Shown here one piece after another: positions 39,503 to 53,099 of a stretch of 64,000 bases of DNA (positions are counted from its first letter, which is position 1; each line of letters begins with the position of its first letter). The DNA lies in assembly GCA_028826165.1 (NCBI GenBank), contig JAPDFW010000080.1, positions 248,001 through 312,000 on the forward strand. The letters are read 5' to 3'. The DNA is from Anaeramoeba ignava BMAN. Lineage: Eukaryota; Protista; Anaeramoebae. A program made the position numbers and the translations under genes. The notes beneath the pieces are model-generated. The model was not told where the DNA came from. It saw only the letters and a program-made list of their open reading frames with translations, and did not search any database.

Positions 39503-42500
39503 TTAATTATCATTATCATCATCCAAATGAAAATCTGAAGTATCTGAACTTAAATTATCATTATTTTGATTATTTTGATTATTTTGATTATTATTTTGAT
39601 TATTTTGATTATTATCATCATTATCATCATCATTATCATCATTATCATCATTATCATCATCATTATCATCATTATCATTATCATCATCATCATCAGGAAA
39701 TTCAATAATATATCCTGTTAACCTATGAAGAATCTCAGGAGAACGATAAATCTCAATTAATAACTGATAAAGAGATTCCTCAAGTTCAAGCTTTCCTTCC
39801 TTTTGAGCCCATTGAATATCATGAACAAGACTAAGTAATTCATCAACATCGGGCAAATCCTGATAAATAATTGCATAAGAAGATCCTTTCATTGACATTC
39901 TGATAAGTCTTGCAATTGAAAAAACGATTCCAACATAAATGCCGATATAACCACCTGAAGACATAGCCCAGGCAGCAGATCCTTTAAGAACTCCTGGATT
40001 TTGAATGGAAATAATAAGCGAATCAGAGGCATTAGAACACATTCCTGAAGAATTGACTGAATAAAGTCCAAAATAAGGAGCATAAGGAATGGAATGATCA
40101 TAAAAAACACATGCAGTTTGTTGATTATCGCAAGTGGAATCGAGCTGGCCATCATTCCCTACAGCGAGGAAATTCGGGATCAAATTGGAAAATTGCGCGA
40201 AATTTGTTGAATTTGTTGAATTTGTTGAGTTAATAACGAGTAAAAGTGCATTTTTTTGTTCTTCACTCAGATAATAAGAAATTTGAAGTTCTGAATTTCT
40301 TGATGAAAGAACAGGATTTTGATAATAAAGTTGAATCTCGATAAGGAACTCAACAGGAGCACCTGGTGTTGATAGCTGGGATTCTAAATTTGTGAATCCT
40401 GCAGGGGTAATTTCCCAAATCCGAGCGGAAATATCGGGAAGAAGGATTTTCTGGAAGTAATTGAGTTGGAGATCTTGGGTGGGTTTACAGACTGAGGTCA
40501 AGGAGTCGAAATCAGAGGAGCTGAGATCCTCGACCTTGCAATCTGAGCTGTATAAGGTAAGTGATCCTCGGATCGAAATGGCCACAGTCGCCGTTTGAAT
40601 ATGGTTCGGTTGGATTTGTGATGATGATGTCATCAATATTAATGGGAGAAAAAGAAGAAGAGAAATTAAAATGAAGAGAACAACGCCAGTCTTCAATTTT
40701 GTTTTGAAGTTTCTTTTGTCGCCAAGACGTCTCTCGGGATCCTCGCCAACAATCGCGCATTTTATGTTCCAAAGATTGATATAGATGTCCTGTAGTTTCA
40801 GCCATTCATCCCATAGAAGGGCTGTTTTTGAGCATATCCAATCAAGAAGAACACGCATTTCGAAAATGAGCGGGATCATTTCATAAATTGAATAAATCAA
40901 GTTTGTGGAATAATTGTAATTTCTGGTGAGGAATTGTCCGCGAGTAAACTGTGGGAATCCGTGGCGAATCTGCAATCCCGAGAAGGTGAAATACAGCGCC
41001 TTTAAAAGATAGAAAAAAATAAGTGATCCCATGTTTTTAAATTCCGTGTTAATGTGCCGAGGAATCACAAAGAAAATGATGTACCAATACGCAAAAACCC
41101 CTAGAACTTGATATATAAATTTGATCTTGATTTTCCGATACAGATAAAGTACTCTGTCAAATATCATAAGTACAAACTGTCCAATAAGCACAATTACAAA
41201 TCCTTTTGGGATCAAATAATTTGAGGACATGTATTCAGACAGTGAGTACCGATCCCCTTTGCTAAATTTCGGATATGTGAACGCAAGAAAAATCAGCGTC
41301 ACAAAATCCACAAAGAAATATGCTGTATAGTAATCTTTCTCCCGAATGCTTTTGTTTTCCCTCGCTATTGTGCGGTAGAATTTTTTGAAATAGTTCAGTA
41401 ATTTCCGTATCTTTGATACTTCTTTTTTTTCTTCTTCCTCTTCTTCTTTTTCTTCTGCATCTCTTTCTTCTTTTTCTTCCTTTTCTTTTTTATCGGTATC
41501 TAACTCATCACTCTCTAATGCCATAATCAAACCTTCGAAATCACTTGAATCACTGTTTATATTTGCTTCTTTCTGTGTTTTTCTGTTTCGAAGTGTTGAT
41601 TCATTTTCATCTGGTTTTTCGTTTAATTTTTCATCTGATTTTTCATTTGATAAATTTTCTTTTTTATCCTTAATATCAATAACTGGTGGTTGATATTCTT
41701 TTTGTTTTTGTTTTTCTTTGTCTTTTTCTTCCAAATTACCTTGGTTATCTGCAAATTCATATTGTTGATGCCAATAACCTTTTTTCTTCAACATTTGTTC
41801 ATGAAATAGAATGAAAATGAGTAAAAGAAGATTATCCAAAATTTCAGGGAAAAAATTATTAGAAGACGCATGAAATCCAAGTAGAGTTTCGATATTATTG
41901 TTATGAGGCTGGTGAGAATGGCAGCTATATTGATAGCAAGAAGAACCAAAAGAATATTTATCTTTATAAGCTCCTGAACAAACACAAACAGATTTGAATT
42001 GGAAGATGAATTTGATTCCAATGATAATTTCTGTGTAGAACATTACAACTTTCCAATAATACTTGCTTGGTCTTGGCCATTGCAATATTCCAAATGCAAA
42101 TTGCATGATTAAATAAATCACAGACACTAAACTTGGGTCTGTTAGTGCAATTATTATTACCATCAAGAAACATAATTTTTGAGTGCTATTTTTAAGTGCA
42201 TAATAAATTGCAAGAAAAAGAACAATTAATCTTGATGGTTCTTTTTCTGTCTTTTTTTCTGAATTTTCTAAATTATCGTTGTTGTTGTTGTTGTTGTTGT
42301 TTTTTTTGTCATCTTTTTTTTTTGGTTTTTCGCTTGAATCTTCTAAAACAAAATCATCATCATCTTTTTCATCTTTTTCTTTTTGATTTTCATCTAATTT
42401 TAAATTTTCTTTTTGATTTTCATCTAATTTTAAATTTTCTTTTTCGCTTGAAAATTGATCAAATTCCGGAAATGGTGTAATTTCTTTGCCTTTAATCTCA

Positions 42501-45500
42501 TGATCAGAAGAATAAAGAAGAAGCTTCACATGTTTCCTGAATCTTCGTAAGTTCTTTTGTGCATCATTTTCATTAATTTTCTTCGAATACTCTTCTATCA
42601 TTTCTTCATTTTCTTTAATTATTTGATTTAATCCAATTTCTTGAGTTTCATTCAACTGTGATTTTGTTTTAGATTGTGAAAGATTTTTTTTTAGAAGTTT
42701 CGATATTCTTTTTTTCTCGTCTCGATTTGATATTTTTTGTTGTTGTTCTTGATTATCCTTTTCGATTTTAAGACCTTTCTTTTCCAAACTCTTGAATTCA
42801 ATATCCATTGGAAAATCAACAAATGAAAGGAAAAAGCAAGTGATTTTATCGATGAATGATTTAAAGAAGTTTTTGAATTTTTGGAATTTTCCTGGTTCTT
42901 TTTCTTTATCATCTTTTTCTTTATCATCTTTATCATCTTTTTCTTTATCATCTTTTTCTTTATCATCTTTTTCTTTTCTTTTCTTTTTCTTTTTCTTTCT
43001 TTTTCTTTTTCTTTCTCTTTTTCTTTCTCTTTTCTTTCTTTTTCTTTTTCTTTTCTTTCTCTTTCTTTTTCTTTTTCTCTTTCTCTTTCTCTTTATCTTC
43101 TTCTTTTTCTTCCTTTTCACTCCTTAAACTGTATATTCCAGATCCTAATCCTTCACTCTTAATTTTCACTAACAAATTTTTCAAAAGAATAAATCGCAAA
43201 TGCCGATTTTCAGATTGCTTCTTCAGAAGAGATTCACGAATCTCCAATTTATTTGCATGTATTCCATAAAGAATTTGTGCTTTTTTATTTGCTTGTTTCA
43301 TATCATCAACTTCCATTTGAACAATACTCTCATAATATCTACTTGAAAGTAACTTCAAGCCAAGCAAAATAACACAGAAAATAAACAAATCTGAAAGTAG
43401 TGAACCAAAATATGTTAAAGAATTGTTGGAAACCTTCACCAATCCAAAAACAACTTGCGCAGAATATGTATTGTTTGAATTGGTGAAAAAAGGTATTTGA
43501 AAAAGAATTTGAAGTATGCAAATAAATAACACAAAAAGCTTGAATATATTCCATTTTTTCTTCTCAGATTCAATTGGATTATGTGATCTGGAGTGGAGAA
43601 TATTGAAGGATAAAATTAGATAAATCAAATGGAAGATGTTCTCGCGTGCTGTACTAAACACAAATAAAAGAAGCACAAGCAAGAGTCTGAGGCGAGAAAA
43701 CACAAAAAGAAAAACACGAATAAAAGGGCTTTTCTGCTGATTTTGGAATGTTTCGAAAATATAATCTTCCTTGATTTCGTGATGAATAGATTGCTTTTTA
43801 TATTTATACACATTATATTGTAATGTTGTTAATAAAAACAAGAAAAAATCTCCCCAAAGAACTTTGGAATTTGATATTTTGACACCGAGCCATAAAAGAA
43901 TCGACTCGCGAATATCAATATTCTGAATTTTCGATGAATTTTGGATTTGTGGCGGAAACGAAACAACAAACACATAACGAATTATAAGCGAAACCATAAA
44001 CACAATCGAAAACAATCTCCATTTTCTTTCCATTCTTTGGGAATTGAAAAGCATTATCGACAGCAATATCAAGAAATAACAAATTGCAACAAGGTTTGTA
44101 TTGAGCAGAGAAACTCCAAGCAAAAGAGTCAAGTAAATTTCCCATCCAAATCTGGAATAAAAAGTGGAAATCAATTCCTTGAAAAAATTCACAAACTGTC
44201 GATACCATTTTCTCGAAGTTTTTGTTTCTTCCTTAATAATAAAAATACGACTTGATTCCATTGATTGACTCCGTATTTTTTCAAACCAAAGAAAAGCAAG
44301 AATTCCTGCTAACCGAAAAAGATGAGGTCTTGAGTCTGAGCAAAACAACCCAAGATAATGTGATGTGTTTGTATCCTTTTTACTCATTGGATCAAGATTG
44401 AAAAGATAAAGAGCAATGATATATGCTTGTGTATAAATCAATAAAATGATCCAAATTGAATGGAATCTTTTCCAAAATGGAGAGAACAATAACGAAAGAA
44501 TCAAGAGTCCCAATCCAATTATTGATGGGTGTTCCAAACTCACATAAAATAAAAACACAAGAATAATTTTGTATCCGTGAATAGAGATGAACCGTGCCAC
44601 AAAATTACTTAAGATTTGGAACCATTTGGGGAATTCAACAACAAATTCGTCATCATCTTTTTCATTATCTTTTTCATTATCTTTTTCATTATCTTTTTCA
44701 TTATCTTTTTCATTATCCCTTTTTTCTTTGGATATTTGCCTTATTGACTGCCTAACAAAAGATTTGATTTTTTTGCGTTTGGATTCCACAATCATTTGTC
44801 TGAATTCAAAAATGAGGATCACAAAAATAATTGTTTCATTCAACAATCTTTTCCATAAAATATCTGTGGAATAATCAATAAATCCAACAGTCACAAAAAA
44901 TCCATTATCTTTATGGAATAAATTCTGGAGAAAATGCTCAAATGCAGAAAATTGATAAATATATCTTAGAATCATTACAATCCCAACTGTTGCTGCTACA
45001 ATAAACCACATTTTCATTACTGCAGATCTTGATCTTGAAAGGAGTTGAATAAAAATGGTGAGCAATGTTTCAAAAAGAATCAACAAACGCAAGTAAGTAA
45101 AACGAGATTCGAAAAGAATAGAAAGAACCATTACATAACAAGCAAAATTCCCAAATGATTCAATCAAAGAATCCCAAAATTTGATTAGAGTCTGTAAAAA
45201 TTTGGATGTGGTTCTTTTTTCTTCCGGTTTGTTATTGGCTTCTTCACGAGCATCTTCATTATAACGGAAAATATTATCTGACTTCATCTTCTCACTCAGA
45301 CTTAAATTTCGAGTTTCAACTTGTTTCTGTTTGAGTTCTTCGTATTTTGCATATGAATAAACATGAAATTGAATAAGTGTAAAAACGACAATAAGTACAT
45401 TCCAAATGGAGTATTTCCAGAAACTACCTGCCAAATCTAATCCCATTGCACTATCGAATGATTCGGATGTATGAACAAATGTGAATTTCCAGATATAAAG

Positions 45501-48167
45501 CATGAAAAGAACAATTTGTGAATAAATAACAAGAACAATCCAAGAAAACTGTGCGATTTTAGGAGAGAGAAGATATATCAAGAAAAAGAACATATATCCT
45601 GCATTCAATAAATTGACTCTTTGAAGACCAGCAACATAAACAACTACTAAGGAAACAATATAAGAATTTCTCACTAAAAATCGGAAAATATTTACAGAAA
45701 GCAATGATATTTCAGATGTGATAGATTTCCATTTAGATTTTTTGGATTTCTTAGATTTTTGCTTTTCATTTTCATTATTTTCATTTTGCTTTTCATTTTC
45801 ATTTTCATTATTTTCATTTTCATTTTCATTTTCACTTTCACTTGTTTTAATATCAATCTCTTTATCATCATGTTCTTCTTTTTTTTCAATAAATCCTATT
45901 TTCAAGCGAGAAGTGAGTTTGGATCTTTGATGCTCAACAACACCAAACATTGCAAGAACAAAATATGTACCGAGCAAATACAAGCTTGGATAATCCCATT
46001 TAGGAAGTCCAATATCAGTCATTGCTGAATTATTTTTCCAATCAACTCGGAAATTATAAATATATTCAACTAGAAAAACCAGAAGGAGATAATAAAATAA
46101 AAGTCTGATCCAAGGAATTAATTTTTGTGGGAAAATTAGTCCAAATCCAACAATAACAAGTGGGACTAAAAATAAAATATCATGAAGAGTAATTGACCAT
46201 ATTAATAGAACAAGTGATGCAAATATAAGACTTGAACGTAAAGCAGCTCGATATCCCTTTTGACTCGTTTGCTTTTCTTGATTCTTGTTTTTTTGTTCTT
46301 TCTCTTCATTTGTTTCTTCTTCTTTTTCTCTTTTGAGAATATTTGAAACATGAACAGATTGAAAATTATAATAAGAGGATTGGAAAAGTATTGAAAGAAA
46401 GAAGAACAATGGGATCACAATACAGTATCCAACCAGAAAGAGGTAATATTTGGTTGCGACTTGATGCTGAATGAAATTAACAATCTCTTCCAATCCAACA
46501 ATTTTCCAAATTGTTGTATTATGATATTTTCTGAGAATTGGATATTGGAAAATTTGAATAGAGGCAATATAAACCTCAGAGAAAAGAAGAAGAAGAAACC
46601 AAATACTTTGTGGGATTTTTTTGTTATGAACCCAAATAGACAATATAACCAAAGAAGCAACAATAAAAACTGCATTTAATGATGAAGGAATACTTATTCC
46701 TGTTAATGTTATTAATATATAAGAAATAAACATTAATGCTGATGATAAAATTGGTGTTTCTTGTGATGTAACATTGACTGTATCTGGTGGTGTTTGTGAA
46801 AGTAATTTTTGATCTCTTTTGATGAATATCAAGCTTATTATTGAAAAAACTAATAAGACAAGATCTGGGAAACAAACAAAAACATTTTCATATGTTGTAT
46901 CTTGGTTGAATCTAATTTTTATTTTTATAATTTAATTTATAATTTTAATTTATAATTTAATTTATTTAGAAATTTATAATTTTATTTATTTAGAAATTTA
47001 TAATTTTATTTATAATTTGTTTAGAAATTTATAATTTTATTTATAATTTTATTTATAATTTAATTTATAATTTTATTTATATTTTAATTTATAATTTTAA
47101 TTTATAATTTTATTTATAATTTTATTTATAATTTTATTTATAATTTTATTTATAATTTTATTTATAATTTTATTTATAATTTAATTTATAATTTTATTTA
47201 TAATTTTATTTATAATTTTATTTATAATTTTATTTATAATTTTATTTATAATTTTATTTATAATTTAATTTATAATTTTAATTTTATTTATAATTTTATT
47301 TATAATTTTATTTATAATTTTATTTATAATTTTATTTATAATTTTATTTATAATTTTATTTATAATTTAATTTATAATTTAATTTATAATTTAATTTATA
47401 ATTTAATTCATAATTTAATTTATAATTTAATTCATAATTTAATTTATTATTTAATTTATAATTTTATTTATAATTTTATTTATAATTTTATTTATAATTT
47501 TATTTATAATTTTATTTATAATTTTATTTATAATTTAATTTATATTTTAATTTATAATTTTATTTATAATTTTATTTATAATTTTATTTATATTTTAATT
47601 TATAATTTAATTTATAATTTTATTTATAATTTTATTTATAATTTAATTTATAATTTTATTTATAATTTAATTTATAATTTTATTTATAATTTTATTTATA
47701 ATTTTATTTATAATTTTATTTATCAAAAACCTTGCTAAACCAACAGATTTCCAAATTAAATTTGCAGTAGAATTTTTTGAGAGTAAATTTTGACCATAAT
47801 TAGAACGAGAACCAAGAACAGAATTAAAAACAAGATGAGCAATATTAAAAAGAGAAGAAGAAACCAAAACATAAATAACAAGATTTTTATGTTTTTTCAA
47901 ATAAGAATTATTTTTGCTTCTACAAAGTGAATATCTTGGAATCATAATAAATGCATAAAATGTTAACAAATAATTTAGAGAAAATATATTATATCTTGTT
48001 ATTCCAAATCCTATTAATAAAATTGGAAAAATTATTTGATAGAAAATCACTGTCAAAATTTTGTTTGTTGAAATTGTTTTTTCTTTTTTTTTTTTAATTT
48101 CATCTGTTGCTAAATTATCTGCAATTAATGGTAATTCAAGTGACATTGCTAAAGGTTTTTGTGACAT
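39503..48167 (-). CDS. PIEZO: Piezo mechanosensitive channel; one 5' intron (47730-46912) and a frame break in the purine tract 42963-43120
   Basis: Many TM helices; GLQIRHGFP, PLIFEMRVLLDW, WLKLQDIY, DLPDVDELL, LEESLYQLLIEIYRSPE. Confidence 0.93.
46920..47722. repeat. Intronic 12-mer (TATTTATAATTT)n
   Basis: Piezo intron. Confidence 0.95.
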
Positions 48168-48413
48168 TGAAAGGAAACAATATGAAAAAAAAAATGAAAA
48201 AAAAGTTGATCAAATTAAAAAAAATAAAAAATAAAAATAATTAGTAATTTTAAAGAAATATTTAGTAAGTTTTTTTTTTTTTTTTTTTTTTTTTGTTTTT
48301 GTGGGCAATTAAAAAAAATAATTAAAAAAAATAATTAAAAAAAATTTTTTTTTTTTCTTTTCTTTTTCATTTTTTCATTTTTCTTTTTATTTTTCCTAAA
48401 TAGAAATTTAATA
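48168..48413. promoter_or_regulatory. Compact bidirectional promoter, Piezo/RPS18
   Basis: 246 nt between divergent ATGs; two TTTTCAT copies on each gene's sense strand. Confidence 0.6.
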
Positions 48414-50253
48414 ATGGCTATTGTTATTGGACAAAATCAATTTCAACACATTTTACGTATTATGAATACAAATGTTGATGGAAGAAGAAAGATTCCATTC
48501 GCATTAACAGGTAAATTATTTATAAAATTATTTATAAAATTATTTATAAAATTATTTATAAAATTATTTATAAAATTATTTATAAAATTATTTATAAAAT
48601 TATTTATAAAATTAAATATAAAATTATTAATAAAATTATTAATAAAATTATTTATAAAATTAAATATTAAATTAATTATTAAATTATTTATTAAATTAAA
48701 TATAAAATTAATTATAAAATTATTTATAAAATTATATATTAAATTATTTATAAAATTATATATTAAATTATTTATAAAATTATTTATAAAATTATATATA
48801 AAATTAAATATAAAATTAAATATTAAATTATTTATAAAATTAAATATAAAATTATTTATAAAATTATTTATAAAATTATTTATAAAATTATTTATAAAAT
48901 TATTTATAAAATTATTTATAAAATTATTTATAAAATTATTTATAAAATTATTTATAAAATTATTTATAAAATTATTTATAAAATTATTTATAAAATTATT
49001 TATAAAATTATTTATAAAATTATTTATAAAATTATTTATAAAATTATTTATAAAATTATTTATTAAATTAATTATAAAATTATTTATAAAATTATTTATA
49101 AAATTATTAATAAAATTATTAATAAAATTATTTATTAAATTAAATATAAAATTATTTATTAAATTATTTATTAAATTAAATATAAAATTATTTATAAAAT
49201 TATTTATAAAATTAAATATTAAATTATTTATAAAATTATTTATAAAATTATTTATAAAATTATTTATAAAATTATTTATTAAAATTATTTATTAAATTAT
49301 TTATAAAATTATTTATAAAATTATTTATAAAATTATTTATTAAATTATTTATTAAAATTATTTATTAAATTATTTATAAAAATTAGCCATTAAAGGAGTT
49401 GGAAGAAGATTTGCAATAGTTTGTTGCAGAAAAGCTGATATTGATATTAATTTGGTAATTTTTATAAAGCAAATTGAATTTACGAAATGAAAAATTAAAT
49501 ATAATAAAATAAATATTTATAGAGAGCTGGAGAACTTACAAAAGAACAAATTGATAGAGTTGTCCAAGTTATGGAAAATCCAACACAATTCCAAATTCCC
49601 AGTAAAAAAATTATTTATTAAATTATTTATTAAATTAATTATAAAATTATATATAAAATTAAATATAAAATTAAATATAAAATTAAATATTAAATTAAAT
49701 ATAAAATTATTTATTAAATTATTTATAAAATTATTTATAAAATTATTTATAAAATTATTTATAAAATTAATTATTAAATTAAATATAAAATTATTTATAA
49801 AATTATTTATAAAATTATTTATAAAATTATTTATAAAATTATTTATAAAATTAAATATAAAATTATTTATAAAATTATTTATAAAATTATTTATTAATTT
49901 ATTTAATAAATTATTTATAAAATTATTTATAAATTTATATATTAAATTAAATATAAAATTATTTATAAAATTAAATATAAAATTATTTATAAAATTAAAT
50001 ATAAAATTATAAAGATTGGTTCTTTAATAGACAAAAAGACTCAAGAACAGGAACAAATTCACAACTTTTTGCAAATAAATTGGAACAAGTTTTTAGAGAA
50101 GATTTAGAAAAACTTAAAAAAATTAGATGTCATAGAGGTTTAAGACATTATTGGGGAATGAAAGTTAGAGGTCAAGATACTAAAAAAACTGGTCATAAAG
50201 GAAAAACAGTTGGTGTTTCAAGAAAAAAAGAAAAACAACCAACAAAAAAATAA
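48414..50253 (+). CDS. RPS18: 40S ribosomal protein S18 (uS13)
   Basis: [49 protein letters not shown]. Introns 48511-49386, 49455-49522, 49602-50014. Confidence 0.98.
48513..49382. repeat. Intronic 12-mer (TTATTTATAAAA)n
   Basis: RPS18 intron 1. Confidence 0.95.
49610..50010. repeat. Intronic 12-mer (TTATTTATAAAA)n
   Basis: RPS18 intron 3. Confidence 0.95.
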
Positions 50254-50445
50254 ACTCTTTTTCTTTTTCTTTTTCTTTTTCTTTTTCTTTCCATTCTTTT
50301 TTTTTTACTTCATTCGATAAGAAATTTTTTTTTAATTCAAAAACAACAAACAAAAAGAGATTAAAAATTAAAAATTTAAAATTTAAAATTTAAAATTTAA
50401 ATAAAAATCAAAAATAAAATCGGAAAAAAATTTTTCTTTTGAATT

Positions 50446-53001
50446 TTAATTATTTAAAAAATATTTTTTGAATTTGTTTTTTTGTTTGTGAAGCTCTTCT
50501 TTAAAGCATTCCAAACATTCTTGAGAAGAATCTTGACTTGATTCAATTTTAAATGTTTTTCCATAAATAGAAGTAATTTGTTCAAAAACATTTTCATTAA
50601 TTGAAGTTATTCTTTTTTCAGTTTCAAAAGGAAAATGTTGAGTTGAAATGTACTTAAAATTCCCATGTTTACAAAGCAAATCTGAATTATGAATTCTTCC
50701 AGGATTAGAAAAATCACTCAATTTTAACATCCAAACACCAGAAATAGAAACTAAAGGCGGAATCAATAAATTTTTTTGGATCAAATCAAAAACATAATAT
50801 TTTTTCCTTTCTTCTATTTCTGAAGGAATTTTCTGATAAAATAGGATATAAGCTTGTGATTCGGAAACAGTTTCTTGCGAAACATGAGAAACATTAGAAT
50901 CATTCAATTCAAACCATACTTCTCCTCTTTTGGAATAAGTGATAAAATGTCCCGATTTCCGATCTTGACCCAAATGAACAATAACTGAATATAAATTGTA
51001 TTGATAGGAGTTTTCTACATTTGTTTTTTCAAATGCGAACTGTGATAAATCTAAATTTTTAAGTGGGAATATCACTCTATTATTGATTTTTTCTGTTGGA
51101 TTTCCTGAAAATGCAAATCTTTTTAAATGAATAATTAAAAATTCAGGAAACTTTTTAATTGATATCATTTTTAAAGCATCATTTTTTCTTTTACAAAAAG
51201 AGCAAAAGTATTTATTGCTCCCTTTAAGTTTTTCTATTTCAAATAATGTTGAAAAGCATTGTGTTAAAGTGTATGAATCTGGAGCTCCAAAAATTTCCCT
51301 AATTTTGAAATGAATTAATTTGATATGATGACTTGATTGAAAAGAATTAATTTAATTTAATTTAATTTAATTTAATTTAATTTAATTTTCAAAAGGATTC
51401 CTTACTAAAATTTATATAATAATTTTTTAAAGAATATTTCTATTTTAGGAACGAAGTTATTGTTTCTATTAAGAGTTTTTGGAATTTTTGGAAAATTAAT
51501 TGAAATTGTTAATTTTGAAGGTATTGGAACTGATAATATAAAAAAGTTTTCAGAAGTTGATGAAATTTTTTTGCATTTATAACATTGAACTTGGTTAATA
51601 AGAGTTCCACCAAATGAATCCGAAATGATACTTCTTTCAATTTTTTTTTCATTTTGATTTTGATTTTGATTTTCAATTTGATTTTCAATTTGATTTTCAA
51701 TTTGATTTTCAATTTGATTTTTGATTTTGATTTTCAATTTGATTTTTATATTGATTTTCAATTTGATTTTCAATTTGATATTGATATTGATTTTGATATT
51801 GATTTTGATATTGATTTTGATATTGATTTTGATTTTCAATTTGATTTTGATTTTGATTTTGATTTTTATATTGATATTGATATTGATTTTGATATTGATA
51901 TTGATTTTGATTTTGATTTTGATATTGATCTTCGAAATCCATTTCATTTTCATTTTCATTTTCATTTTCATTTTGATATTGATTTTGATATTGATGTTCA
52001 TTTTGATTTTTGTTCTTCTTTTGATTTTTGTTCTTCTTTCTATTTTTATAATTTCTATATTCATATTCATTTTCATTTTCATATTCATTTTCATATTCAT
52101 TTTCATATTCATTTTCATATTCATTTTCATTTTCATTTTCATTTTTATTTCGATTCTTGTTCTTCTTTCGATTTTTATTTTCATTTTGATTTTCATTTTG
52201 ATTTTCATTTTGATTTTCATTTTGATTTTGATTTAAATTTTCATCTTCATCTTTCCTCTTTAATTCTTCATGAAATTTATCTAAAATCAAAATTAACAAT
52301 TCATGAGCATCTTGTTGGTCAAGATTATTAAAATGTTCTTCGAAAGTACCAGCCAATATTTCAAGAAATTTATTTGTAGCAAATTCAAGTTCTTCTGGAT
52401 CATCAAGAAAATAATAATTATTAACAAATTGAAAAAAAGCACTGAATAAACTATTTGGATCATGAAGACGTTCAGCAAAATCAAACGAACAAAAAGATAA
52501 ATATTTCATCAGAAACGTTGAACTCAATAAAGCTTGAGAAACACAATTAAAATAGCATGAATTTTCCAAATTTGGAAGACCTTTGAACCTCAAAAAACCT
52601 TTAAAGGTGAAAACTTGATCAAAATCACGAAATTTTTTGTGAATTTTTCTTAAAGTGTTTAAATGAATCAATCTATCATAATAATTAAAAAGTGGTTCAA
52701 AATAAGTTCCTGAATCCAATTGAAATTGGAAAATTGTGTTGAATTCAAAAGATAAAATAAAAGGTTCAATTGGTGAAATGTATCTTTTGCAATGAAAACA
52801 AGCTATTAATAAATTTGATAAGTTTAAATAAAGTGAATGATTTGTGTTTTTCATGTGATTTTTTCTTTGTTTCTCTGAGCCATGAAATGGACATCCAGAA
52901 TACAAACACTTCCAATCTTGATCTGTGTTTGTTTGATAAAAAATAAATAATTCTTCAAATGAAGAAATTGGAAAATTTTGAATATATTGACAAATTTGCA
53001 T
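50446..53001 (-). CDS. USP20/USP33-like deubiquitinase (zf-UBP + USP + DUSP-like); 1-nt frame break at ~51720
   Basis: zf-UBP-like WKCL..C...H...H..CFHC; GLPNLENSCYFN, QQDAHE, HLKRF, SGHFITY, WFELNDS, AYILFY, PGRIHNSDLLCKHG. Intron 51405-51332. Confidence 0.88.
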
Positions 53002-53099
53002 TTTGTTGTCTTTTTAAAGAAAAGAAAAGAAAAGAAAAGAAAAAAATGAATTTAAAAAAATTTAAAAAAATATTTTTCCGATTTTTTATTTTTTTTGGA

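Noticed and set aside
51709-51725. Frameshift in the USP20-like gene as programmed frameshifting or a pseudogene
   Set aside because: It is a single extra A in a homopolymer within an (AATCAA) repeat. All catalytic motifs are intact and there is no shared slippery-site/stop motif with the Piezo break, so a consensus error is most likely.
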